This document shows, one piece after another, positions 13,551-26,476 of a DNA stretch of 64,000 bases. Each line of letters opens with the position of its first letter. The first letter of the stretch is position 1. Both the position numbers and the translations under genes were made by a program. The stretch is taken from the NCBI GenBank assembly GCA_002633005.1, contig NMRA01000016.1:462300-526299 (forward strand), given 5' to 3'. The notes below the pieces were generated by a model. That model did not search any database. It was given only the letters and a program-made list of their open reading frames with translations, and was not told the origin of the DNA. The DNA comes from Phoronis australis (taxonomy: Eukaryota > Animalia > Phoronida).

Positions 13551-14250
13551 TATTATATGTACCAATCATGTTTTATATCAGAGTTTGTGTTCATTAGCTC
13601 GTCATATTGATGAAAACACACAGACTCATCAAGTCAACGTGTGCCATACATTTTTAAAGGTACATTCCCCCTTTTTTCGACTTCAAGTTTTTTTGAATTA
13701 TTGTTGAAATTATTAGCTTCGACCAGACAACAATTAGTTTTTGCCGTTGCCTGTTAGCCATTCGCTGAAATCAAAACCGATGACTTAATCAGTTAAGTAC
13801 ACTTAAAATATTCCGTCCGAGTGGGATTTAGAGCGGCCAACAGAGCCTTTGCTTACGACGCAAGAATGTCAACCTCGCATACGGGCAGGCATGATATCGG
13901 AAAAAGATTCTTTTCGCCAGTAATGTCAATTTAAACATAAAGGTTTAACTTAAAAATTTCGCATCACTTGAATGTCTTCAAAAGATGCTTTTCAAGTTGC
14001 TTCAAAGAGCACCATTCAAGGATTTCCCCTCCATGAAGTACAAAATACATCATAGAATTTTAAATCGGTTTCACTGCACTCCAAACGCACAAAATACTGT
14101 GGAATCGATCGCCTAATTATAGTGCAGTGACAAACCTGTCACTGTTTGATGAGTTTCGTTCACGGGACAACAATCCCACGCCTTCTATAAAAAACTATCT
14201 GATTTAATCTGCTTACTGTGAAAATAGCTGTTTTTTACAGGATAAAACCA

Positions 14251-14402
14251 GGGTAGATTTCAGTAACGCTAGAACCTACGCTAGGACCTCCCTAAAATGC
14301 AAGACCTCGCGAGATTACGTGAGATATTGCCGTGTATTTTAAAGGAGAACACGTGATTTTGGTTAGATTTTCTAGCCTCGAAACAGCTACTGAACTCTAC
14401 CC
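14251..14402. repeat. Repeat family R3, copy 1
   Basis: TIR GGGTAGATTTCAGTA / TACTGAACTCTACCC; core GCAAGACCTCGCGAGATTACGTGAGATATTGCCGTGTATTTTAAA shared with 35501-35655 and, inverted, 22927-23080. Confidence 0.75.
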
Positions 14403-14581
14403 ACACTCATGAAGCTAGCTTCATGAAGCTGGCTTTGTCTCAGCCACCGAAGCAGCATGGCCGTCAATGGACTTGCAAGCGTTTTATTGCAATCAATTTC
14501 GATCCGGGCAAAGAATAAGAATACGATGACATTGCTTTGGAAGTACAAATACCCTTGTGAAGAAAATTGTCCAACTCCAGT

Positions 14582-14802
14582 GGCCAGTTGCACGAAACAG
14601 TCCCAAATAAGGGCTAAGATCCCTAAATCTTTCTTTGTTTCGTTCTTACTCGCAAATGTAAAAATTTTCCGTCATTTTATCTTTATTATAAACTCTTTGA
14701 CTGGTAATATTTTTTATATTATAACTAAAACTGAGACCTTAATTCAATCAAAATAATTAGGGACTTAGTCTTTAAATTAGGGGCGTTGCGTGAAATGACC
14801 CC
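14582..14802. mobile_element. Short inverted-repeat element
   Basis: GGCCAGTTGCACGAAAC..CTAAGATCCCTAA is mirrored by TTAGGGACTTAG..GTTGCGTGAAATGACC; AT-rich interior. Confidence 0.5.
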
Positions 14803-14996
14803 TATTCATTATCAGTGATATTTAGAATTCAAGGTAGAGTTCACTCTCAATTTGTACCAATTAAGCCAAAAATAAAATTAGTAATGATACTCAAACAACG
14901 TAAGAAAGGACAGTCCGTGTTTTCACTAGCCCACAAATACGCAGCAGATTTAAAGAACTTACACTGTAGTTGAATCCCTCTTTGGGACTGTCACAG

Positions 14997-15450
14997 GGGT
15001 CTGTTTCATAGATTGAAATAGACTTTAAGACTTTTAGACAGATCTTACGCTCTCACTTCACAATTGCTAAATGAAATTTTAGCAAAGTTATTATCAGCAC
15101 ATCGCACTCTCGAAGTAACTGACCTATCGCCACGATTTTGAGTGACGACCTAACTGACCAATCAGAACACAGCATTCTTGACGCACCTTCGTTTCCAAGC
15201 ATCCATTTTACCAGACAAACAACACGTTCCGGGTAAAACTTATTGTTTGTTTGTCGACATTGCACAAGGGGCGGAGCTTGCGATAAGTCAATTACGGAAT
15301 TAATCTCATTAATGAAAAGTCACATGTGTGTTCTCAGAAACTTTGCATTTTTACTCATATGGGATTTAATCCCTTTTCAGAACTAGTTGTGTGGAATGTA
15401 AGACCAAATATTTGATTTACGTCTCAAGTCACCTTTCGTGTTACAGACCC
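14997..15450. mobile_element. Harbinger/Tourist-like MITE
   Basis: TIR GGGTCTGT / ACAGACCC with 3-bp direct repeat CAG on both flanks; left subterminal sequence resembles 36251-36533. Confidence 0.65.
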
Positions 15451-16019
15451 CAGAACACGTTTTGAACCTACGTAAATTAGGACAGTATTGGAAAAATTAA
15501 TAAAACTTATGTCCCAATCGTGTAACCTCAATAAATCAGTCATTATTATCCAGAAGTCTACTGGAAGTTTTTTAATCCACTATATGCGCATTGAAAATTA
15601 GCGCCCTGTAATCAAGATGTCACAAGCCCAATTATTTGTAAATAATGATTGTAGGAAAATGTTGATTTAGATAAAATGTCGCTCCATTTGTTGAACTATT
15701 TTCGATATAATCAGTGTATTACAAGATCATAAACTTATATTACGACCAGTGTCATATCAGTTATATCGATAACATGGTAGCAGATATAACTGCCGAACTT
15801 TATTACGTTTCTGTGTTGACGTTTTGGAAATTTAGCGAACGTATACTCTGTCGCTGAGAAGTCGTGCACACGGAACAAAATCATTTACTGATAGTTTTCA
15901 TTCGGACGACTTGACCATTTTTGCTATGAGCTAATATTCACTAGAGAAGATAAAAATCAGCGACGCACTTGGATCAGGAATGATACTCAGTTTCTTCTTT
16001 CAGATTACAGATTCTCACA

Positions 16020-19000
16020 ATGGACGGTCGGTTTATCCTTTTGTTCAGTATTTTGGCGGTAGGTCCATTTTCATTTCAGTAAATGAGTTTCTTCTAAGAT
16101 TTAGTGTGCTATATACCTTATTATTATTCAATTTTAAATAAATTACCCAAATCTTGATATTGACATTTTAATGGAATTTTAAAAATACAACGCTCATATC
16201 CAGAAAGAATGTTTAAAAATACACTTTCATTTCCCTTAAAACGTCATAAAACGAATTTTATTGCAAAACAATTTTGTTCAAACTCATTCCCAAATGATGC
16301 TCCTGTAACATGACATAGTTTTAAGGGTGGTGCCTGAATTTTGAGAACCAGTTTTCTCAATTGAATAACGGACATCAAACTGGTTCTCAAAATGCGGTCA
16401 CGTTACATCCGACTATTGCCACGAAGTGGAATTTAATGCAGCTACATAATGGTTCCCACAGTTGACTTAAAACTTGCAAAAATTTGACAGTCAAATACAA
16501 ATGCCTACAGAGCTGTAACTTACGAAATGTACTCAATAGAATGGTACCTATCGATTGATGGAACTCGTGCTACGGCCTAAAATGGTGAAAATAATGTCTC
16601 GAAAGTTAGTGTTCCCTCCGAGAATGGCCATTTAAGAGTTCGCAATAAGTGTTCGTGTTGTTAATTTTGAAGAGAAAATGCATTATGTTTTGGATAACAT
16701 ACCTTTAACTGTGTTTACATTTCTTCAGGTGGCGCAAGTATACAGCGCGATGGTCAAAAGTAAGTTGTGCATTCACGCCTAACAGGGCTCTCGCATATGT
16801 AAATTTAAGACGATTTTTCTTTTGGGTCAACCTGTTGAATAACAAAGCAATGCTTTTGCGTTTAGGTACAATATTGGTTGACGTTGGAGTATCCAGGAAA
16901 GCAGTTGTTGATGTAAAATATATATTTCTTCGAAACCAATTCGGATGTTGTGTCAAGGCTGTGAATGACGCAATTTGGACCCTGAAATAAAAATAGACAT
17001 GCCTCCACACTGGGTCCAAAACGTCATGATGACGCTAAAATGACGCCACGCTAAACATTCCTATTAAAGTCCTTCTCTCAAACTGCCCATGTGGTTCCAG
17101 TATCCGAAAATACTTACTACATAAATTCTTATTTTCGACACCCTTTCTTTATATTCGTTTCGCCTTTCTTGCCAAAAGCGATTTTTTAACAGTATTTGAC
17201 CCTTTTCTGTGAGCGTATAATTACCGGCTGTCATCGGTTATTTCCGAACCCACATTTCCGGCTCATCAGTTCAGGAACTTGTCCTGAACGCTGCCATTTT
17301 TTCCTTGTAACTGAATGTGCTATCGCTTGCTCGAAAAGTCTTCATTATTTTGTTTTATTAGTAATATCTTGTGATTCGTTTGCATATGTAGTGTATTTAT
17401 AGTTTGTAGTTAGTGGTCGTTGATTTTTTTTGGAATGTTACGCGTACTTAGTATGTTAAAATAGCATTGGTGTTTAGTTCCTTACGTAGGTCGGTCGAAC
17501 CTAGGAACCAACATGGGTCGAACCAATTTTTTTGTAAGTTTTATTTTTTTTCTCGTTTTGAAAAAGTACTTTGCTATTATCGGAAAGGTAGTACATTCTA
17601 CTCAGTAAAAATCGAAAAAGTATCAAAATCGGGGCAAGCAGTGTAGAGTTATTGCAAGTTTTGTGGCGAAATTTCGGGGTCACTTTGTTTGGATCGCGTC
17701 GGCCATATTGGAGGACAGCGGGATAAGTTACGAGTTTAAAACTTTGTGTAAATTGTTTTCGCCAACAAATTACTGTGAAATTTAGTTAAACATATCTTTA
17801 CTTACTATTCTGCACGATTTAACAGTGTTCACCAAATTTCAGCCTCGCAGTTGTTACTCATTAAGTGATAAATGTGCTCACAATTCCCGTTGGACTTCGT
17901 CTCATTTCTGGCGGCACCGACAACATGGCGACTTTTGTTGAACTGAAAGGCATGTTCAATCGGCTACTTTGTAATTTGTCAAGGTCTAACGTTGATACAT
18001 TTTGACAAGCGTTGCTACAAAAAAGACACTTTGTTCAATTTTCGTGTTTTTTGTGCCCGTAATTTCATGCAAGTGTCTGAAACTACCCTTGAATATATGC
18101 AGCATTTATGAATTGACCATTTTACTTCGACAAAACAGCTTGCAACCGCATGCATTTACCGTTCGCCAGTGTCTGGTCTCGATCCGCACCGGGTCCGATA
18201 GGCTGCGGTCCCGAGTCTGACAAAATAATTTCTGTCAAAATTTATTTGCCACATTTCTTCAGCAAATTCGATAAAATTGTCCGTAGTTCGATTATTTTAT
18301 CCCCGTTTGCTGGCTGGTAATAGTACAGGCACTGCTCCAGTCGCACTGACGGCGTTTTCTCGGCCTGGGTTCCTGAATGAATTGTACTTCCGGGTTCGCG
18401 GCAAGTTCAAAATGGCGCTGGTTCTTCGGGTGCGAATCGTGAGTGGCGCGTTCATTTAAACTTTTTTCGAGTACGGATTGTGTATTAGTTATGGGGTAAG
18501 TACTTCTTGCATCCTTATAACATCCTCTAACCATGTAATAAGGGTTAACAACGCGTGAGAGAAGGACTTTAAAGGGCAGAAAGTGTGACGTCACCATACT
18601 GTGGAAATCTATGATATTCTGTCACATTGGTTCTAACGCTTGCCACTTACTTCTCTATTGGAAATCAGTTAATGTCTATTTAAAAAATGTGGCTAACCTG
18701 CTAGTCTGTATAGTTCACAGATTTTAAAATGTTAATTTTGTTGACTTTTGCCAGTTAGAACAAATGTGTTAGTGCACGATAATAGACCACAGCAACATTG
18801 TCTCCAATTTAGAGTAGTTATCAGAGGTGCAACGTAACAACTTTGCGCCCCATTTCGATACTTATTCGAACGATCAAGCATTGCAATTTCCAAATTTTGC
18901 ATCTTAATCCGCGTTTGCTTTATATGTCATATAATAACATTTTCCACTTTCCAGAATGCCCGGGCAAACCCGCCGACATTCTGTTCATCCTAGACGAATC

Positions 19001-22000
19001 TCGCAGTATCTGGTATAAACACTTCGAAATGCAAGTCAACTTCGTGCACTCGCTAGCGGATGAGTTCAAAATTGACCCTTCCAAAGTGCGCATTGGTGTA
19101 ATTAGTTTTTCGTCGAAGGTTTTCCTGCAATGGGGACTCGACAAATATTCCAACAAGGAGAGCTTGCTAGCTGCTATCGATGGCCTCAAACAAGCATGTA
19201 AGTAAATTGTTGTGGAGATAAACATCTTCTTCCGTTATAGTAAAAAGCACAAGTTTCTATTTGCCCAACTTCGAACGATGTTTGACGTAGACAGAATCAT
19301 ATTTGCATCATTTAAATTTTTATGTTATGATTTTATTTTAAAAAATAAGATAGGATTTTGACTCATATCACACGCACAATACAAGTACTTTACAATTTAC
19401 AAATCGTTGTCCCTCTTACGAATAGCATTCATAAAAATAAGTTGAAGTTTTGAATGTCTGATCGATTCTGTGATGCCATTAAAGGCCCGTTTATGCCACC
19501 CATGGTTCATGCGAGCCTTTTTGCAGATTTTATTCTGGATCTTGTTATCGCATAAACATAAAGGTAAGGTAATTATTAGCGTTGCGTTTACTTGAACAAA
19601 AATTTTGTGCAACAAACACAAAAAAGATATTCTACAAAAATTCGAACGGAACGACACGTTTTTCTTGTAAGGTTCAGAAAAAATGGTGAGAGAGAAATCT
19701 TTTTCAGTTCAGTATAAAAAATTACAAATAAGCTTGTATTCAATTTAACTTTTATGCACTTGTAACATTACTTAGGAGTAAACTTGGTCGTCTTATACCC
19801 TACAGACGGTGACCAAACCAACACTCATTTGGCTCTTGCAAAAGCACGTGAAACTCTCAACCAACAACGTCGGCCGGGTATTCCTATGATCGTCATTCTG
19901 ATGACGGACGGCCAGTCGCGTCATGTTAGCCTCACGGCAGAAGAAGGCTCCAAATTACGATCTCAGAACGCCACCGTGTTCGCCATTGGTGTTGGACACA
20001 ATGTAAGGGGATTGATTTGCTGATGGTAGAATAGAAAAAAGTGACATAACTTTGTACTTTGTTGAAAAACAAGTCGCTAAGCATACTGACTGACGTAGGT
20101 TCGTGATCAGATTGGGACACTGGACTTAAGTAGGAGAGGTGACAAAATCGACATCTTGAAATGACACCAGCTTTATGGCAAATATATTTTTAGAAAATCC
20201 GATATGTTACCTATTACCTTGTTCTTTGATATTAACCAACATTACTTCTGAACTATGTTTTAAACGGCGCATAGGTGAACAAGAAAGAACTTGAAGGCAT
20301 TGCAACTGACAAAGACCATGTTATTTTGACTTCCTTCGAGAAACTGAATGACCAGCTAAGAGACAGGCTTGTGACCGCCTCTTGTGAATACTTAGGCAAC
20401 CCCATGGGAGGTAAGTTGAAATATCCAAGAAAAATTTTCACTGAAGCTATATGAAAAATTCGTCGAACAGTAGGCCAATGAGAAATAAAATTCAGTGATA
20501 TTAAAGTGCAATTTTTAACAGGTCATCATCTTATGGAAAGTTTTGTCTTGTCATTTGCCAAATAATCTCTTTTTCCAGAATGTGACCTTGACATAGAAAC
20601 CGACCTTGCCTTCGTACTTGGATCAATCAACCAGAACCCTCAAGGCGCCAAGGAGGCCATGGGTTTCGTCAAAAGAATAATTCAGGACGATAACATGTTT
20701 ATTGGACCAGACAGTGTTCAGGTATGTCTGACAGGTTAAAACTATGTTTGTCTAAGAGGTGTTAGGATAGTGTTGCATTCGCAAAAAATGACAAAAAATC
20801 CCAAAGCTTTTTTTGATTTGGCTGGAAATCGGCAGAAGTTTTGGGCTTCGAATTTCGAATTTCAATTTTGTGGCACTGAACGCGACCTCGGATTTCGTAA
20901 GGGGAATGGAGGGGACACTCATAATTTTCGAAAGAAAAATGTTTGCGTAGCTTCCACTCGCCTCCAAAACACGTGACGTCTATGCGAGAGGTAAATGCTC
21001 TTATTCGAGTGTTGCCAGGCCCATACATAAAGTCTCCACCAACTCCTTGTCCAAATTTCTCAGCAGTCAATCCGCTAGAGTACACAAACCTACCAATCTT
21101 TCAAATCAGTCTGGTTTTCAAGTGATCTTTCACGCGGCTTATCCATCTTTTGCTGTCTCCTAATTGCCTTTTGTCCAATTGGTTGACGATTGTTGAGTAT
21201 AGGCCTGTTAGCCTCACCCCCCAATATTACGACCCTGTCCAGCAATGCTAGCCAGTTACCCTCGTCTAATGCTTGACACAATCCCAAACTGGCGGCAGAG
21301 AAAACACGTGCTCCAAGGTCCAAACAAATCTTACCCACAGTTCTTTACTGTCGTAGGTTGGACTTGTACCGAAAGACTGCATCCCAATTGGTTTTGACCT
21401 CAACACTTACCCTGATAAGGAAATGGCTATGACGCACTTCGACTTTGCCGCAGAAGCTTTTGAAACCACGGCGGATCACATTAATTACATGACGTAAGTT
21501 GCTCTAGTGTGTCGTTCAAACAGGTGAAAGGAGCTGAAAGTTCACGTAATGCATTTCAACACTAGTTTTCTGACAGGAGGATTTTAGATGAACATCTAGC
21601 TTAGAATATAACCTCGTCTTGCCGGCCGCTTTCGAACACTTTTCGTATCTTTGCTGAATTCTATTGTAGTTGGTTGACATATTGATTTATTTTTCATGAA
21701 TAAGTGTGCCCTACTACCGTACGTTTCAGCCAGCACACGTTCAGTCCAGCTAACGGCGCTCGGGAAGGCGTACGTAAGGTCGCTGCTGTGATTCTGGATA
21801 GAGAATCTCCCGATGTAGAGGCCACCATCCGAGCCATTGAGGAAGCCAAAGCGCAAGGCGTGGAAGTCATTGCCATAGGTAAGAAGCGGAGGGAATTCGA
21901 GTTTCATCACAGTATGTGTCTAGTGAGTGGGACACTCAAGTTTTATTTGCTGTTGTCTAGAAGGTGAATGGGTTACGGTCGGCTTCGCGGTAAGGTAGCG

Positions 22001-22375
22001 CCGTCTGTAGCATGTGACACGCCTGGAGAGTAATCTTCCAGTGCATGACTTGCTCATTAGACGCTAGAGTAAAAAACTGGTTGGAAACTGGTTGGCGTCT
22101 ATGAGTTTAGCATGTGAATGAAGCAGAACAAAACAATAGGTTTCATAGTTTTCTTGGCTCGGTGCCAAGGGCGGGCCGAAAAGGGCCCCATACTGCACAA
22201 TCCAACTGTCATTAAGACAACGTGATCTTATTAATTCACAGGTGTCGGCAATCAAGTTAACAATAACGAACTGAAACGTATTGCCAGCGACCCGTCCATG
22301 GCATTCAACGTGAAGGACTATAACCAACTATACGAGCTGAAGAAGGACGTCCTGTACAACTTCGTGTGCCCATAG
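16020..22375 (+). CDS. Secreted two-VWA-domain matrix protein, paralogue B (complete, spliced)
   Basis: Exons 16020-16058, 16729-16759, 18955-19197, 19806-20002, 20275-20410, 20579-20721, 21357-21493, 21730-21878, 22242-22375. Signal-peptide-like start MDGRFILLFSILAVAQVYSA, then KCPGKPADILFILDESRSIWYKHF...QTNTHLAL...VILMTDG...FAIGVG; second VWA ECDLDIETDLAFVLGS...AREGVRKVAAVILD...IAIGVG...YNFVCP*. Exons of 243, 197, 149 and 134 bp match paralogue A in length. Confidence 0.94.
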
Positions 22376-22756
22376 AGGGCGTGGAAGAACGGACTGTAGA
22401 GTTGTAAACAAAGAGTGTGACTGCCTGAGAGTGACATCGAAAATGCATAAATGTTAATAAGTTGACATGGAAACGATTAAGGACAATGCTTACGCCGTGG
22501 GATTTCCCACGTTATCATTTATTGTATTTAAGGGCAATTGCTTATTTCATTGTTGTACTTACCTGTTCAACGACGCTCAGCAACATCTGTCCAAGCGCAG
22601 AGCAGACGCGATTACATTCTGATAGAATGCATGGGTTACAACGAAGCTCTCGTATCTGGTCTTGTTGCACAATCTATGTTCATGAATGACAAAAAACACG
22701 TGACCATGATATTGAAATTTTGTTTAATTACAGCTCCATGTGTACTGAGTTTGCAA

Positions 22757-22780
22757 AATAAAATGTCATGAGTTAATAAA
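22757..22780 (+). terminator. Candidate polyadenylation signals of VWA paralogue B
   Basis: Two AATAAA hexamers (22757 and 22775) about 400 bp after the stop, followed by TG/T-rich sequence. Confidence 0.5.
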
Positions 22781-22926
22781 GTTAAACGTGATTATACTTG
22801 TTGTTCACTAAAACTTTTGATATCTAAAAATTTTCAAATGTTTCACACTATGGCTTTCATGCTTACTTTTGATAGATTTTAAAGGAGCAGAAAGCTAACT
22901 TTTCATTTAGGGTACTTTCCGCAATA

Positions 22927-23080
22927 GCGTGCGTTCAGTAACGCTAGGACCTGCGGTGGGCCCTAGCTAAAATCTAGCCAAAGCTACGCGTTCTCATTTA
23001 AAATACACGGCAATATCTCGCGTAATCTCGCGAAGTCTTGTCTTTTAGCGAAGTCTTAGAGTTACTGAACGGGAGGCGGG
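22927..23080. repeat. Repeat family R3, copy 2 (inverted)
   Basis: Reverse complement of 35501-35655 along its length; CGTTCAGTAAC / GTTACTGAACG ends. Confidence 0.8.
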
Positions 23081-26000
23081 TCTTAACAACTTGTTCCTGT
23101 TATAATACTCGGATTAGAGAGGATTGCTGGGCTCAAAATGAACTGACGTTCCTTTAGATCAGGCCGGATTATTTGGCTTGTCACGGCGGGATATTGTCAG
23201 TAACCAGTATCTCAAGGTCACGAGGTTTAGGAGTCACTCAACAGTTTTCCTAATCCCCCCTCCGGGCAAAGGCGTTTATTTCTTTTCTACAACAAAACCA
23301 CAAAATATGAAACATACACAGGTACTGACCATACATAAAATTTGTCAACAAGTTAAAAAACGTTCATTCAAAGCGCGTTTTTTTTGCTTTGATGCCCAAC
23401 GAGCAAACTACACAAAATTGACAGTTATAACCCCCAAAGCTACAACTTGCATGCGAATACTATGTACCCAGTCATCAAACAACGCACTCAGAATGCCAAA
23501 ACACTCTAGTTTCCAGGCATTGGGTAGACAATGGGTGTCGTTTTTTGATGAACTGAAAAGTCTGAAGGGTACCTGGATTTCCATCCAAATCTTGATTTGC
23601 CGAAAGCAAGTGGTAGAATGTGTACAAACAGCCACGATTGCAAGAAAAATAGGTCAAGGGAGCAGCAAAAGCACTTTTTAAAACAGGGTAAAAATATAAA
23701 CAAAGTTCACTTTTTGCTACCACACTTACAATAAATCTCAATCCAGCTGGCCCAATTTTTTTGCTGAAATTCGACTATGACTCGAAAAGACTCTTTGAGT
23801 GCCACCTAACGGGGAGGTAGATATCTTCATTGGCTTAGCAAATTTTTGTGAAAACAAACGCGAAAGAAAAACACATTTCGAGATAAAACTTGTAAGATTT
23901 TATTCAACTTTGGGCATTTCACGTATGCTTCATTTTCGCTTATTACGTCACTAAAGCGGAACCAGTCATATAGCTTGTTTCACCGGAAATAAATGGCGTT
24001 CTGCGACGTATTCTTGCCTTTAAGATTGCCGGAGATTCAAGGCATATTTTTCGTTATTCCTTTGAAAACAGCTGGCGAACATTCGTACACCCAGTCATCA
24101 AAGCAATAATCGATCGAAGAATACTGTAAAACAAGCCGACAGCGCCGATAAATGTCTCGGACGGCAGATTGAAAATCGGTATCTGACATTTAGTGCCATT
24201 CAGGTGCACGTGGAGACTATATTGCCGCTACCAGCGGGCCTACGTCGAGTTACATTTTGTGCGGTGAACCGGTTACGGCGAAACTAGGCTGCGTGCTCGT
24301 GAAAAAATATTTCTACGTACAGAATGAGCGTAATCCCCGCGTGCGTGATGCAACATACATCTAGGTTGGCGTCTTCGTTGTACCGGCGAAGGGCAGTGTA
24401 CTACTGCGTAGCCTTAGGTGAACGCTTCGTAGTTTCTTCTAACTGCAAACCAAATACGTAAATCTACTGTTGAGATTTTCATGCTAAATGCACACTGTTT
24501 TTGTGATTACGGTGTTAGATCTCTAACATTACTGCTTTGGTCGCTGGCATTACTAGTGAATTTTGTTAGAATCTGAATGCAACGCCGGTAGCTACTCAAA
24601 ACAGAATGAAACGGGATTGCGACTCGATTTTTATGCGATCTTTGGCCCAAGTTGGTCAATTGCAGTGCATCAACGAAAATGCTTATGTCTCTCAAATCCC
24701 TGACGACCAAAAGACCACCATTCCGGCGTTCACACGCAAACACTTTTCAGCAAATTCTATTGGTCGCTTTTTCTATATCGAGTTACGCCATTATAATCAA
24801 CCATGATAAATTTTGATCCACTCGAATGATAATACACCGTAGTCTTCAACACGATATACACAGAAGAGCACTCATGCCTGACAATGTTATGAGATAATTG
24901 TTTAGAAAGTCAGGGCAGCGCGAAACGCAAAACATAAAGGGCACTATCGTGTCTTTTATCACATAATGTATAGTGCTTTTCAAAACTCCTCAGGTAGTAA
25001 CATCATTTCAGAATTCGATGACCGCCATCTTCAGTTGGCATCAAGGGTCACTGGTATTAGGCCTCAATCTTTATGGTAATATCTCCTTACGTGGTTTCTT
25101 TAATTAACATTTTGTTGGTAGTCATATCTACCGGTGTCAGACGCACCGCCTACCAGGCTATCGACACGACAGTTACCCGCGGAGATTGGTCAAGTGATGA
25201 CAGAGTGCGTGCTCAAAAGATGGTGGGAGACCGATAAATAATTCAACACCAAATTGTTGGTGTCTATTATCGTGATGTATTCGTAATTCTATAATCTTGT
25301 CAATCGCTGTAAAGGCTTTAAAAGAGAACCAAAGGAACGTGTTGAGATTCATGCACGGACATCTATTAGCTATTGATATTGGCCACTCGGGTAAGTAACG
25401 CGTTTTGTCATACGTTTTTGTTACTAATAAACTGAACTATCAGGCAACAACACTATCGAAGCGGTCTGAGTCACAGCCAAAGAGACAATTTAAAGTTACA
25501 ATCTCGAAGCCTGGTAACGTAAAGTGATGTTCTATTTTACTTTGATGTACTTGTATCTGTGCTGTTAATGAAGAATACTGTAATAAGTAAGATTCATGAG
25601 TGAATCAGCGGAGGACAATCCACAGTAATTCCTGGAAATAGTAATTCTGAGCTCTGGGTCTAGTAGGCTCCGAAATCAAACTCTACTGAGACTCAAAATT
25701 TAAACACCGTATGATCTGGCGAAGGACGATTCGAGTGCAAATTTCTAAGTTTACTACAAATTCGATATTCAAGTTGTGTTTCGAGTACAGACAATAGACC
25801 CCGCCTGGCCATGAAGTTTGTTTCAAGAATGGCGTCACTTCACCATTGCTGAATAACAGTTGGGGAATTATTTGAGCTACTGGTAATTATGGGTAAATTT
25901 TAGAGACCCTACAAATTTCCGAGGTGAGATTGAGTTAGGAATAGTTGTATGGAGCGAAAGACAGATTTCTGACTAATTCTCGAGTCATTTTTGAATGAAA

Positions 26001-26354
26001 CGTATCCCTTGTGTAAAATGTTCGACTTAGAAACGGATCCCTTGTGCAAAATGTTCAACTTATAAAACTAAATGGACAAGGCAGTGCACAAAGACGGATA
26101 GCGTGTTTTTTTCTCTCTAAAATTTGACATATTGACGATGTCAGTTGACTGGAACCTATATATGTCTTTTCTTTGTCAGCCACGGCTGTCAGTTTGTCAA
26201 ACTCTTCACCGTATTTTTATCGTGGAGCGTTCTTATCTTCATGGAGCACTATGATTTAATAAGGCCATTTTCGGTATATAAAACAAAAATGTTAATAAAA
26301 AGTATTAGAATGGATAGGAGTGTCAATGCGTGGCAAAGTTAGCCAAAATGGCTG

Positions 26355-26476
26355 CAGGGGCGGATTTTAAGCTGGGGGGAGGGGCAGGGCAGAGTATTAG
26401 CCAGAATTTTGCCCGTCAGACATTTGCACCCCCGAACTGCCAAGTGGCCACGTTGGCCTCCTCTATATCCGCCTCT
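26355..26476. mobile_element. MITE family R1, copy 3 (internally shorter)
   Basis: CAGGGGCGGAT...GTATTAGCCAGAATTTTGCCCGTCAGACATTTGCACCCCCGAACTGCC...ATCCGCCTCT. Confidence 0.75.

Noticed and set aside
17195-18548. piggyBac-like element (AAGGGTTAA right end)
   Set aside because: Left end is only a degenerate match (TTGACCCTT) and no transposase remnant was seen.
23178-23741. 167-aa plus ORF and antisense ORFs between VWA B and the CNBD gene
   Set aside because: No domain motif or convincing splice context; the region looks like non-autonomous transposon sequence.
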